Assembly (NCBI GenBank): GCA_963745035.1
Contig: CAVUVW010000019.1
Coordinates: 96,001-160,000, forward strand
From: an uncultured delta proteobacterium
GTDB taxonomy: Bacteria > Desulfobacterota > Binatia > UBA9968
DNA length: 64,000 bases
Direction: 5' to 3'
Shown here: in pieces, positions 26,627-37,008 of the stretch
How the letters are laid out: each line of letters starts with the position of its first letter
Position numbering within the stretch: the first letter of the stretch is position 1
The notes under the pieces: model-generated
What the model was told of the DNA's origin: nothing
The model's input: only the letters and a program-made list of their open reading frames with translations
The model's database searches: none
Position numbers and translations under genes: made by a program

Positions 26627-27621
26627 TATTTTCTAGTTTTCCGCTCCTCTTCGAGTTGCTTTAGGAACGATAAATCCATTACCTCCGCGCCGTTGATATT
26701 CATCGTGGAGAGCATGCGGTCGCTGGCGATCATGTTTTCCATGGCTTTCACCGTAACAACCGGGAGTCCGGGCGTCACTTGCGAATACACGCGCCGAGTT
26801 TCTTCCAGTTCTTCGGTGTTGTTCGATCGATAGAACTCGCCCAGATACTTGTGCACCGCATCTTTGTTTTTCTCGTCGCGGTAGAAATCCATGCCGTCGG
26901 CCAGCCCGCGCATGAAATTCATCACAGTTTCGCGATCGCTTTTGATGAACGAGCGCGTCGTGACCGGACCGGCGACGACGTACTCGTAGTCGCTTTTGGA
27001 GAAGTCGACCCAGATCGGCAATCCCGCCTTGCGCGCGCGCAGGGTGATCGGCGGCTGAAAGACCGAGGCGTCGACGTGGCCACCGGCCAGCGCGGCCCAC
27101 CGTTCGCCTTGAGCGCCGATGCTAAGCAGGGTCACGTCTTTCTCATTGAGACCGAGCTGGCGCACGGCCAAACGGGCGATGAAATCGGTGCTCGCGCCCA
27201 ACTGGCTGATGGCGATTCTCTTTCCCTTGAGGTCGGCGGGCTTCTTGATATTCGAGTTGCTGACCAAGACATAGTCGAGTTTGTTGCCGGTGGCGCCGAG
27301 AACGACGAGATCCTTGGCGCCCTGAGCCCAGGCGAGGATAACGCCGGAGCTTCCCTGCTGAAGCATCGTCACATCGCGCGAGATCAGCGCTTGGACGGCT
27401 TCGCGCCCGCCGCGCATGAAGATCGGCAAGACTTTCACGCCGTACTTTTCAAAGGAGCCGGAGCGCTGCGCCACCCAGAAAAAACTGGTGGAGCCGCCGA
27501 GAGCGTAGGGCACGCGGATTTCCTTAAGGGGCTTGGATTGGGCGAATAGTTGACTTTGAGAAACCAGCGCAAACGCGAGAAGTAGCACAATTGAAACGAG
27601 AGATTTCCCTCGCTCAACCAA
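26626..27621 (-). CDS. ABC substrate-binding protein (NMT1/THI5-like); start uncertain
   Basis: C-terminal half of the 673-aa track ORF, with signal peptide VSIVLLLAFAL and DLKGKRIAIS. Confidence 0.8.
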   Translation of the reverse strand: MVERGKSLVSIVLLLAFALVSQSQLFAQSKPLKEIRVPYALGGSTSFFWVAQRSGSFEKYGVKVLPIFMRGGREAVQALISRDVTMLQQGSSGVILAWAQGAKDLVVLGATGNKLDYVLVSNSNIKKPADLKGKRIAISQLGASTDFIARLAVRQLGLNEKDVTLLSIGAQGERWAALAGGHVDASVFQPPITLRARKAGLPIWVDFSKSDYEYVVAGPVTTRSFIKSDRETVMNFMRGLADGMDFYRDEKNKDAVHKYLGEFYRSNNTEELEETRRVYSQVTPGLPVVTVKAMENMIASDRMLSTMNINGAEVMDLSFLKQLEEERKTRK

Positions 27622-27663
27622 TTTGGTAATGCCGCGAATCCGACGCGCATGAATTCCCGTGGC

Positions 27664-27742
27664 GTCATCCCGGTCAAGCGAAGCGCGAGCCGGGTTCCAG
27701 GCGAACTGATCTAACCTCGATTCCCGCCTTCGCGGGAATGAC
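27664..27742. repeat. GTCAT-type REP doublet
   Basis: gtcatcccggtcaagcgaagcgcgagccggg ... attcccgccttcgcgggaatgac. Confidence 0.8.
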
Positions 27743-27800
27743 GACTCAGAAATCACATCGCGATGTTTGTGTGAGGGAGGCATACTTCTTTCACACGCTA

Positions 27801-29977
27801 TCATTGAATCTCCACGACTGCGTCCACCGCGATTGCGCCTTGGCCCTTCGGCAAGACAATCAGCGGATTGATATCGAGTCCAAGTAGTTGGTCGCCGAGA
27901 CTGGACACCAGCCGTGACAATCCCACGATCGCGCCGCACAATGCATCTACATCGGCCGGCGGCTTGCCGCGCAATCCCCCAAGAATCGCAAAGCCGCGCA
28001 ACCGCTTGACCATCTCGTCGTGCCTGTTCGGGTGAGAGCGGAGGAATGCCGATCGAAACGTCCTTGAGCAATTCGACCAGGATGCCGCCGAATCCGCAGA
28101 GAATAACCGGTCCGAACAGCGGGTCGCGCTTGACGCCGAGAATCATCTCGACGCCTTCATCGGCCATGCGCTGAACGAGCACGCCGTCAACCGTCGCGGC
28201 CGGCGCGCGACGGCTGACTTCAGTTCGAATGCGCTCGTAAGCCTCGCGTACTTCGTTTGAACTCCCCAGCCTCAGTGCAACGCCGCCGATATCGCTCTTG
28301 TGGGTGATATCGGCCGATTCGATCTTGAGCGCGACCGGAAAGCCCACTCGCCCGGCCGCAGCTGCTGCGTCATCCGCGCTGCGGGCCAGCACAGTCGCAG
28401 CCACCGGAATGGCGAATTCCTCGAACAGGTGGAAGGCTGCTTCGGCGGGAAGAACTCCCGGATTTAGTCTGTTTGTTCTTGCCGAAGCACTGGCTGCGGT
28501 TTTGTCGGCCTTTATGCTTTTCTGAAATTCGTAGTATTCGGCCAAATAGCGAATCGTCGCCGTCGCGCACTCGGCGCCTTCCATGAGCGGCACGCCGGCT
28601 GTCGCGCAGCGGCACGAGAATTTCGGGATCCACCGGACCGCCGACAATCGAGCTGAAGCAGGCGATGGGTTTTTTGCTGGACGCCGCCGCTTTCTCGATG
28701 GCTGCGGAAAAACGGTTGCCGCTCTTCAATTCTTTCGGCCTAGGGTCGTTGGCTTCGAGGTTGATGGTGACCACGTCAATATTGGCATCGTCGACCAGCG
28801 CCTGCAGCAGTCTGGGAAAAATCTTCTCGTCGTCGTACATGGCGCCGGTGCCGTCGAGCGGGTTATTCATATTGCCGAAGTCGGCGACGGCTTCCTGCAG
28901 TTGTGACTTCGTTGTTTCCGTCAGTTCAGGCACTTCGAGTCCAACATTGGATGCCGCGTCCGATACCAATGTGCACTCGCCGCCTGAGCCGCTGAGCACG
29001 CCGATGCGCCGGCCGCCTTTGTAGTACTTCGTGAAGCCTTCGCAGGAAAAAACGCTCACCGCGTCGATCAATTCGTTCAAGCTGCGCACCGGCACGACGC
29101 CAGTTTGGCGAAACGCCGCATCGATGACTTCCGCCGAGCCGGCCAATGAACCTGAATGAGTCGCTGCAGCGCGCTGCGAGACTTCGGACCGGCCGCCTTT
29201 GAGAATGATCAGAGGTTTCTTGCTTGCCGCGGCTTTGCGGGCAACTTCAAGCAACTTATGCGGTTGTTTGAATCCTTCGACGAACGCGGCGATAACTTTC
29301 GTGTTTTCGTCATCGACGAAGTAATTGAAGTATTCTTCGACCGTGGCGCCGGCCTGATTGCCGCAGGAGACGATATGGCTCAAACCGACGTGGCGGTTGA
29401 GCATCAACGCGTTGGCGATGGTCGTGCTCAATCCCCCGCTTTGGGAAACCAATGCGACGGGACCGGCAAGGAAACCGGCAGGAATAGTGGAGGCGAAAAG
29501 CGGCGCCTTGCCGAAAACATTCAACACGCCGTAGCAGTTCGGGCCGCAGATGAGAAAGCCGCGTTCCTTGGAAAGAGCTTCGAGCCGTGCTTGGCGCTGC
29601 TTGCCCTCTGCGCCAGTCTCAGCAAAGCCGGCGGAAAAAACGACGGCGGCGCGCACACCTGCATTCGCCGCGGAATCGAGCAGATCCGGCACATGGCGGT
29701 TGGGCACCGCCAGAACGACGCAATCGACCGGTTCCGGGATCGCCGCGATGTCGGGATAGCAGGGGCAATCCATGACTTCACTATACTTGGGATTTACCGT
29801 AATGATTCTGCCGGGATAGCCGAAGCTTTTTAAGTTTCGGATGACCCGGTTGCCGCGCGGCTCGCGGTTGAGCGGGGATGACCCACGCTGCGATGCGCCG
29901 ATGATCGCGACGGTCTTTGGGTTCATCAGCGGGGTGAGATCTCGCCAACTGCTTTGATCGACTACTTGTGTGCTCAT
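27801..29977 (-). CDS. ADP-forming acetate/acyl-CoA ligase family (CoA-binding plus ATP-grasp), with two frameshifts (near 28605 and 28020)
   Basis: VAIIGAS, GPNCYG, SQSGG, THSGSLAG and NPLD in frame 1; GFPVALK, HKSDIGGV and DPLFGP in frame 2; LDINPL..AVDA in frame 3. Confidence 0.85.
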
Positions 29978-29988
29978 AGTGGGGCAAG

Positions 29989-30070
29989 TTGGAGTGATGG
30001 AGTAGTGGAGTACTGGAGTGATGGTCCGGAAAAGCCCAATACTCCTTTACTCCAGCACTCCATTACTCCA
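29989..30070. repeat. TGGAGT octamer hairpin repeat
   Basis: ttggagtgatggagtagtggagtactggagtga followed by tactcc..tactccagcactccattactcca. Confidence 0.85.
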
Positions 30071-30071
30071 A

Positions 30072-30950
30072 TCATTTCTTCTTCGCTCTCGGTCCGAATG
30101 GCTCCGGTTGAAACGGGCCGTCGCGCATCTGAAGATACGCTTTGGTGCCTTGCGCCGTGCGCATTTCGTCAAGGGGCCGGCGGAACTCTTCGTTGAGCAT
30201 CATATGCGCGGGGATCGAAAGCGTTTCGTCCATCCGCAGTGCGTCGCGCAGCCCCATCATCTGCAAGCCCATCGTCGAAATTTGTAGATTGATCTTTACG
30301 GTCTCGGGCGGCACATGGGCGATGCGCTCGACGATCTTGAAGCACTCCTCGATCAACTGATCCACAGGGACTACTTTATTGACCAAGCCAATGCGCAGTG
30401 CTTCTTGCGCGTCGATGTGATCGCCGACCAGACCGTAGCGCAGAGCATTTTTAAAGCCGGCTAAAAGGGTCCACATGAAAGTGGTGTTCGAGCCGTGCCG
30501 CACTTCGGGCTGCGCGAAAACCGCGTCATCGGCGGCGATCGTGATATGCGTGTAGAGCGCCATCCAGCAGCCGCCGCCCATCGCCCATCCCCGCACGGCG
30601 CCGATCACCGGCTTGGTCATCTCGAAGATCCGGATAAGCTTCACGTCGTCGGCACTCCAATAGTTCATCAGATCCGCCGCGCTCATGCCGGTCTGAATGC
30701 CATAAGGCCACTGGATGTCTCTGCGCCGGCCGGTGGTCGTAGCCTGATCAAACCCGGAACTGAACGCGCGACCGGCGCCGGTGAGCACGATGGCGCGAAT
30801 TTCCGGATCGGCCTCGGCCTCGTCCAGGGCATGATGGATCTCTTTCAACATCGGCCGCGTGATCGCGTTGAGCGCTTCGGGGCGGTTCAAGGTGATCAAC
30901 ACGCCGCCGCGTTGCTTATCGTACAGAATTTCTTTGTAGTCGGGCATCAA
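30072..30950 (-). CDS. Enoyl-CoA hydratase/isomerase family, paralogue 3
   Basis: Close paralogue of 25605..26483; GGGCW and AQPE motifs. Confidence 0.9.
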   Translation of the reverse strand: MMPDYKEILYDKQRGGVLITLNRPEALNAITRPMLKEIHHALDEAEADPEIRAIVLTGAGRAFSSGFDQATTTGRRRDIQWPYGIQTGMSAADLMNYWSADDVKLIRIFEMTKPVIGAVRGWAMGGGCWMALYTHITIAADDAVFAQPEVRHGSNTTFMWTLLAGFKNALRYGLVGDHIDAQEALRIGLVNKVVPVDQLIEECFKIVERIAHVPPETVKINLQISTMGLQMMGLRDALRMDETLSIPAHMMLNEEFRRPLDEMRTAQGTKAYLQMRDGPFQPEPFGPRAKKK

Positions 30951-30958
30951 TGCTCCTT

Positions 30959-30992
30959 GTTCAAACCGTTCAAGACGTTCAAGCCGTTCAAT
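30959..30992. repeat. GTTCAA nonamer tandem repeat
   Basis: gttcaaacc-gttcaagac-gttcaagcc-gttcaa. Confidence 0.75.
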
Positions 30993-31048
30993 CCGTCAGA
31001 TGAGTCGGATTACTGCGGCGAACAAAAGACACGCTCATATCAACTAAT

Positions 31049-32110
31049 TTACCGATATTCGGTCTCGTAAAGTTTCTTGATGAAACCGCTCGCTTCGACT
31101 TCACGCACCAGGCTCTCGTCGAGGAATTGCTTGGGATCGGCGCCTTTGGCTTTCGGTTCTTCTCCGGCGATGAACTCGAGGGTTGTCTCCACTGCCTTGG
31201 GCATGGCGTAGGGCGCTCGGTTGTAAAACTTCTCGGCTAATAGATTGTAAGAAAGCTCCAGATATTTGACGTCTCGCTCCTGCGCGGATTGGATGCGCAG
31301 CTTCTTTTGCATGATCTCAACGCTTTCCTTTTTGTACTTGCGAAAATAGGCGAGCCCTTCGCAAACCGCTTTGATGAAGCGCAACGCCTGGTCGCGGTTG
31401 CGCTTGATATAGGTTTTGGTGCTGTCGATCGAGTTTTGCAGATAGTAAATTTCCATGTCGACGGGATCGCCCAGGATCCGATAGCCGCGCTCCTCCGCGA
31501 GAAAAAAGGTAGGGATCGTGAAGGCGCCGCCGTCGACGGCCCCTTTTTCCAAACTTGCGAACATGGCGGGTGAGGAGCCGAGTTGGAGCATCTTGATCTC
31601 GTCGGTGCGCATGCCCCATTTTCGCAGGAATAATTGGAGGACCCAATGCGACGCGGAACCGAAGCGTGTGACCGCGATGGTTTTCCCTTTGAGATCGCCC
31701 GGAGTTTTTATGTCGGACCGGACCATCAGTCTCTGCAAGCCGGTTTTCATCGGCGACGCGACGAGCACGCCGTCGGCGCCTCTAAGATCAGCGCGGATGA
31801 CTGCGTCGCCGCCGCCCACTGAAAATTGAATCTCGCCGGCGATCAGCGAGCTGACGACACGCGCGGCGCCGCCGCCGATGATAATCACCTCGACATCGAG
31901 GCCATGCTTCTTGAATAGGCCCTTCTCTTCAGCGACCCAGATGCTGCCCGAGGTCGCGCTGACGGAGCTGAGTCCGAGTCGGATCTTGTCCTGGGCGCGC
32001 GCAGTCGCCGGTGCGAAAGCGAGGAGAATCGTCACAATGAAAATGCTTGCGCTCGTCCGGCACGGCATCGAAGACCTCCAACAAAATCCGCAAAACAGCG
32101 ATGATCGCAA
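31049..32110 (-). CDS. ABC substrate-binding protein (NMT1/THI5-like)
   Basis: GLFKKHGLDVE, DLKGKTIAVTRFGS; start may be further downstream. Confidence 0.85.
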   Translation of the reverse strand: MRSSLFCGFCWRSSMPCRTSASIFIVTILLAFAPATARAQDKIRLGLSSVSATSGSIWVAEEKGLFKKHGLDVEVIIIGGGAARVVSSLIAGEIQFSVGGGDAVIRADLRGADGVLVASPMKTGLQRLMVRSDIKTPGDLKGKTIAVTRFGSASHWVLQLFLRKWGMRTDEIKMLQLGSSPAMFASLEKGAVDGGAFTIPTFFLAEERGYRILGDPVDMEIYYLQNSIDSTKTYIKRNRDQALRFIKAVCEGLAYFRKYKKESVEIMQKKLRIQSAQERDVKYLELSYNLLAEKFYNRAPYAMPKAVETTLEFIAGEEPKAKGADPKQFLDESLVREVEASGFIKKLYETEYR

Positions 32111-32151
32111 ACTACGTGAAATGGCGGTTGGCCGTCAAGCGAACGGCGAAA

Positions 32152-33168
32152 TTACTTCCAGATGTTGTCGAGAACGCCGCTCTTTTTAAGCTCCGCGACG
32201 TAGCTGTTGTCGAAGTAAGCGCTGGTCGGCATGCTTTGAGCAGATTTTGCGTCGATCATATTGACCTGGACCATGCGCTGAACCATCGCCTGCATCGTGC
32301 TTTCCGGCACAAAAGGCTCGCGCACGAAAGTTTCCGTGACATAGCCGTAACTCTGACGCAGCACCTCTCCGTCGGTGATGCCGAGATATTTCGCGATCGA
32401 GCGCTTCGTCGATTCCTCATTGGCGATGGCATGGCGGGTCGCCTCGACGGTCGATTTGATCAAGCGCACGATGACGTCTCTATGGCCGGAGGCGTAAGAT
32501 TTGCGCGCGACGATACCTTGAGTGAGAAAGCCGCTGCCCCAGCCGCGCAGATCTTTCTGCGAGACCAACTCGCGAAAGCCCTCTTTGAGCATGCGAAAAT
32601 TATGCGGCGGCGAGAATAGCGCGCCGTCGATGGCGCCGCGCGACAGGCCGGCGACCGCTTCCGGGAAGCCGCCCATTTGAAGGATGTTCACATCTTTGAG
32701 GTTGTGGCGCTCGATGATCGTCCTGAGCGCAAAGTCGGTGACCGAGCCGAAGCGTGTAATGCCGATCTTCTTTCCTTGAATCCCGCGCAGTTCGCGAATG
32801 TCGGGGCGCGCAAAAAGCGATTGCGTGAAGTAAGGCGCCATGGCCGCGACTTGGATGATGTCGCCGCCGCGCAGCACATTGGTTACGACCGCGGGACCGC
32901 CGAAGCCGGCGACGTTCGAAGATCCCGAAAGCATCGATTGAACGATCACCGCGGACGCGCCGACATAGACCATATCGACGTCGAGGCCGTTTTTCTCGAA
33001 GAGCCTGGCTTCTTTGGCAATGACCCAAGGCATACTGTTGAGGCCGAGTGGGCCGTAGGGAAAGGCGATCTTGGTCAACTCCTGGGACAGCGTCAGTTTA
33101 GGCAAGAGTAGTAGCCAAAGAATGGCAAGACCGATAATGCTCGAGTGGAAGGCGGATGGCTTTTTCAT
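32152..33168 (-). CDS. ABC substrate-binding protein (NMT1/THI5-like)
   Basis: LFEKNGLDVD, GKKIGITRFGS; signal peptide. Confidence 0.85.
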   Translation of the reverse strand: MKKPSAFHSSIIGLAILWLLLLPKLTLSQELTKIAFPYGPLGLNSMPWVIAKEARLFEKNGLDVDMVYVGASAVIVQSMLSGSSNVAGFGGPAVVTNVLRGGDIIQVAAMAPYFTQSLFARPDIRELRGIQGKKIGITRFGSVTDFALRTIIERHNLKDVNILQMGGFPEAVAGLSRGAIDGALFSPPHNFRMLKEGFRELVSQKDLRGWGSGFLTQGIVARKSYASGHRDVIVRLIKSTVEATRHAIANEESTKRSIAKYLGITDGEVLRQSYGYVTETFVREPFVPESTMQAMVQRMVQVNMIDAKSAQSMPTSAYFDNSYVAELKKSGVLDNIWK

Positions 33169-33297
33169 TCATGCTCCGTGGGAATGTCGCTCACCTATCG
33201 AATAGCGCTGCTACGCATGCTTCGTCAAGGAATCCCCGCGGGCTTCTTGCCAAGGTATTTTTCTTCGACTATGGATCAAGGCAGAACGGAGAATGAT

Positions 33298-34104
33298 ATG
33301 CCTAAAGTTAAACTGAATGACGTTGAGGTCTACTACGAAGAACACGGTAAGGGGCGGCCGATGGTGTTTCTCAGTGAAACGGCTTGCGACGGGGAAGTTT
33401 GGAAGATCAATCAGGTCGAGGAATTCTCCCGCGATCACCGCGTCATTATTCACGACTATCGGGGTACGGGCCAGTCGAGCAAACCATCCATCGATTACAC
33501 GACGACGATGTTTGCCGAAGACGTAGTCGCGTTGATGGACCATCTCAACGCGGAGGGTGCGATCATCGTCGGCCATTCCATGGGCGGCAGGGTGGCCCAG
33601 CTGCTCGCTCTCGATCATCCGAAGAAAGTTCACAAACTGGTGTTGGCTTCCACCGGGGCTCACTATCCGCTGACCAAAGGCCTGCCGTTAAAGATTTGCA
33701 AAGAAATGATCGAATGGGGCTATGAGAAGTACGAACGGGACCATACGGTTTTGGTAGGATGGACCGAGGAGTACGTCAAAGCTCATCCGGAGAAGATCGA
33801 GAACTACTTGAAAGTGAGAATGCACAACCTTTGCCCAGTCGAGTTCTACCTGCGCCACTTGCTGGCGCGGCAAAGCCACGATACGAGCCAGCGGCTGAAG
33901 GATATCAAACAGCCTACGCTCATCCTCGTCGGCGAGGGCGATAAAAATATGACCAGTGAGATCAATCACCGCATGTCGTCGGAGGTTCTCGCCAAGGGGA
34001 TTCCGAATTCACGGCTCTTCGTTTTGCCTAACGAGCGGCATAGTTACTTTTTCTCGAATCCTGGCGAGGCGCACAGATTGATTAGAGAGTTTATCACGGA
34101 ATAG
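33298..34104 (+). CDS. Alpha/beta hydrolase, paralogue 1
   Basis: DYRGTGQS, GHSMGG and PTLILVG motifs; C-terminal His. Confidence 0.88.
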   Translation: MPKVKLNDVEVYYEEHGKGRPMVFLSETACDGEVWKINQVEEFSRDHRVIIHDYRGTGQSSKPSIDYTTTMFAEDVVALMDHLNAEGAIIVGHSMGGRVAQLLALDHPKKVHKLVLASTGAHYPLTKGLPLKICKEMIEWGYEKYERDHTVLVGWTEEYVKAHPEKIENYLKVRMHNLCPVEFYLRHLLARQSHDTSQRLKDIKQPTLILVGEGDKNMTSEINHRMSSEVLAKGIPNSRLFVLPNERHSYFFSNPGEAHRLIREFITE

Positions 34105-34116
34105 AGGTGGTCCACT

Positions 34117-34382
34117 CATACCAACTGCATTTTGAATCGCTTGGGGTTTCATTCCCCGCGGCGGCTGCGTCTTCGCGATGGCCAATCCGAAGGTCGTCAT
34201 TCCCGCATGTTTTAAGCGGGAATCCAGGCCAATCTGGATCGGGACCCGACTCAAGCATTCGGGGTAATGGAATCGGAGTCGTTTGAATGACGGGCCTGCG
34301 ATATGCCGCAGTTTGCTGCATGCCGTTCATTTTTTCCTAGATTCCGGGTCGCGCCAGCATCGCCGGCTAGCCCGGAATGACG
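34117..34382. repeat. Composite repeat / MITE-like region with GTCAT REPs
   Basis: gtcattcccgcatgttttaagcgggaatccag (34196..34227), attccggg..cccggaatgac, and ccccgcggcggctgcg / gccgcagtttgctgc segments. Confidence 0.6.
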
Positions 34383-34406
34383 ATCGCTAAATCGGATTGG
34401 AGGGAT

Positions 34407-35216
34407 ATGCCGAAGGTCAAAGTCAACGACGCCGAGATTTACTACGAAGTTCACGGTCAAGGCCAACCGTTTATTTTCTTCAGCGAGACGGCCTGCGACG
34501 GCGAGATCTGGAAGCTCTTTCAGGTTCCCGAGTTTTCGAAGGACCACCTGGTCATCGTTCACGACTACCGCGGCACCGGCCGCTCAAGCAAACCATCGAT
34601 CGACTACACGACGCGGATGTTCTGCGAAGACGCCGTGGCCGTTTTGGACGATTTGAAGGTGAAGGACGCCGTCGTGCTCGGCCACTCGATGGGCGGACGG
34701 GTCGCGCAATTGCTCGCCTTGGAGTATCCCGAGCGGGTGAAGCAGTTGATTCTTGCGTCCACCGGGGCGTCATTCCCCGGCCCCGCCGGTCTGCCGCTCA
34801 CGATGTGCAAGGAGATGATCGAGTGGGGTTATGAAAAATATGTGCGGGAGCACACGATCCAGGTCGGTTTCACGCCTGAGTTCGTTCGAGATCGGCCGGA
34901 GCGGCTGGAATCGTTCTTTCGCGCGCGCCTCGCCAATCTGTGTCCCGTGGAATTTTACCTGCGTCATGTGCTGGCGCGGCAAAGCCATGACACGAGCAGG
35001 CGCTTAAAAGATGTTCGGATGCCGACGCTCGTCATGGTAGGCGAGCACGAGGGCGACCCCAAGGTCGTGATGACCCATCGCATGTCGTCCGACATATTGG
35101 CGAAGGGCATACCCGGCGCCCGATTCGTCGTGCTCGCGGATCAGAAGCACAATTATTTCACGAGTGCGCCGGAGGAAGCTCACAAGGTTATCCGGCAATT
35201 CTTGCGAGACTCATAA
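34407..35216 (+). CDS. Alpha/beta hydrolase, paralogue 2
   Basis: Close paralogue of 33298..34104; GHSMGG. Confidence 0.88.
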   Translation: MPKVKVNDAEIYYEVHGQGQPFIFFSETACDGEIWKLFQVPEFSKDHLVIVHDYRGTGRSSKPSIDYTTRMFCEDAVAVLDDLKVKDAVVLGHSMGGRVAQLLALEYPERVKQLILASTGASFPGPAGLPLTMCKEMIEWGYEKYVREHTIQVGFTPEFVRDRPERLESFFRARLANLCPVEFYLRHVLARQSHDTSRRLKDVRMPTLVMVGEHEGDPKVVMTHRMSSDILAKGIPGARFVVLADQKHNYFTSAPEEAHKVIRQFLRDS

Positions 35217-35248
35217 ACGTCTACGATTGGGCTCGAGCATTTCCCCCA

Positions 35249-36256
35249 TTACTTGCCGTAGAGCGATTTGGTAAAGCCGCTGTCTTCCAGCTCCTTCACC
35301 AAACTTTCATCGACAAACGTTTTCGCGTCGCGTTCCTTCACCTTCGGCTCGTCTTCCGCGACCTTGTCGATGATGGTCTGAACACTTCTCAACGCGGGAT
35401 AGGGAACATCATTGTACGCGGTCGCGAGCAGATTGTAGGACTGTTCAAGATAGCGATTGTCCCGTTCCTGCTCGGACTGAATTCGCAGCTTCTTGCGCAT
35501 GATATCCAGGCTCTCTTTCTTGTTTTTTTTGAAGTAGGCGATGCCCTCGATGTAACCGCGCATGAAGCGCAGTGAGGCTTCGCGGTTCTTGCGCAGGTAA
35601 CCGCGCGTGCTTTCCAGAGTGTTTTGCAGATAAAAGATATCCATCGTGGTCGGATCGCCGATGATCCGGTAGCCGCGATCCTCGGCGACGAAGAACGTCG
35701 GAAGGGTCAATACCGCAGCGTCGACGCCGCCCTTGTCCAAGCTCGCGAGCATCGCCGGAGAGGAGCCGAGCTGAAGAATCTGCACCTGGTCGGTTCGCAT
35801 GTTCCACTTCTTCAGCATCAAGAGCAGGACGAGATGCGCGGCCGAGCCGTATTGGGTGATGCCGATTTTGCGGCCTTTGAGCTCCTGATAGTTTTTGATG
35901 TCTTGCCGCGCCATGATTCGCTGCAGTCCTTTGCTGAGTGTCGACGCCGCGATGACCGTATCGGCTCCCCTGACCTGAGAACGGACCGAGCCTTCACCTC
36001 CGCCGACGGAGAAATGGAGATCTCCCGCGACCAGAGAGCTAACGACTCTTGCCCCGCCGCCACCGACGACGATGACTTCGACGTCGATGCCGTGCTTTCT
36101 AAATAGGCCTTTGTCTTCGGCGACCCAGATGCTGCCGTTGGTGGCGCTGACCGAGCTCAATCCGATGCGGAGCTTCTCCTGCGCCGACGCAGGCGCTGAG
36201 GCAAGCGAGATCAACAACGTTGCATGGATCAGCGATGTCCATTGAAGAATCTTCAT
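35249..36256 (-). CDS. ABC substrate-binding protein (NMT1/THI5-like)
   Basis: Close paralogue of 31049..32110 (RIGLSSVSAT..KKLRIQS); start MKILQW. Confidence 0.85.
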   Translation of the reverse strand: MKILQWTSLIHATLLISLASAPASAQEKLRIGLSSVSATNGSIWVAEDKGLFRKHGIDVEVIVVGGGGARVVSSLVAGDLHFSVGGGEGSVRSQVRGADTVIAASTLSKGLQRIMARQDIKNYQELKGRKIGITQYGSAAHLVLLLMLKKWNMRTDQVQILQLGSSPAMLASLDKGGVDAAVLTLPTFFVAEDRGYRIIGDPTTMDIFYLQNTLESTRGYLRKNREASLRFMRGYIEGIAYFKKNKKESLDIMRKKLRIQSEQERDNRYLEQSYNLLATAYNDVPYPALRSVQTIIDKVAEDEPKVKERDAKTFVDESLVKELEDSGFTKSLYGK

Positions 36257-36417
36257 GTGAGTCACCTCGATGTTGTCTGTAGATACAAGATCCGAGCCAT
36301 TGCGCGCAGGCCGTACGCAACCGTTCTGACTCGCGCGAAAGGATGTTTCGTACATTTCGGAACGAGAGTGGTGCTGAATTTTTGGGCGCTGCCCAAAGCG
36401 TGACCAGCAAGGAAGCG

Positions 36418-36748
36418 TTACAGATGAACGAAGGCGCGCACCCAATCGGTTGGCTTCGCGGTATGTCCTTGGCCGGTCAGGTCTTCTGCGAGAAATACAT
36501 CACCCGGGCCCGAAAGTTTTCTTGGTGCCGTCTCCCAGGCCGATCTCGACGCTGCCTGAAAGGGTAATGCACCACTGGCGGCGCGGCGCGTTGTGCCAGG
36601 CGTGAAGATCATCCCGGAGCGCGTCGTTTTTGAATACCAACGCGGTGGCGGCAACGTCTGCCAGAAAATGCTTCGACCCCGCCTTTTGATCCAAATCTTC
36701 AAAGTGGGATTTGCCATCTTCTCCAGTATAGAGTCGACAAAATTGCAT
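36418..36748 (-). CDS. Small cupin protein with a frameshift near 36505
   Basis: Paralogue of 4119..4466; N-part ends FGPG and the C-part DVFLAEDLTGQGH is in another frame. Confidence 0.8.
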
Positions 36749-37008
36749 TGAGCCTCCGAGAGTTGAAGTTCAGCCGACTCAGTTAGCAGTAACCCGACAG
36801 TGTTTTCAAGCGAAATCAACTGTCATTTTTCTGGGATAGTGGTTCAGGTTGAGTTTGGTTCGAATCGGGCGCAGGAAAAAAGGTTTCCCGCGTTTTTGCT
36901 TGGAATCGGAAAGAAATATCGGGTGTGCGATCTCGAACGGATTGAAAAAGTTTTCTTTGATTGAGGCACTACCTCGTCGAGCAATTGGATGCGGTTGGAA
37001 CGGTTCGG

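Noticed and set aside
26626-28647. 673-aa apparent ATP-grasp/SBP fusion
   Set aside because: Artefact of frameshifts in the CoA ligase; the frame reads through a REP into a separate SBP gene.
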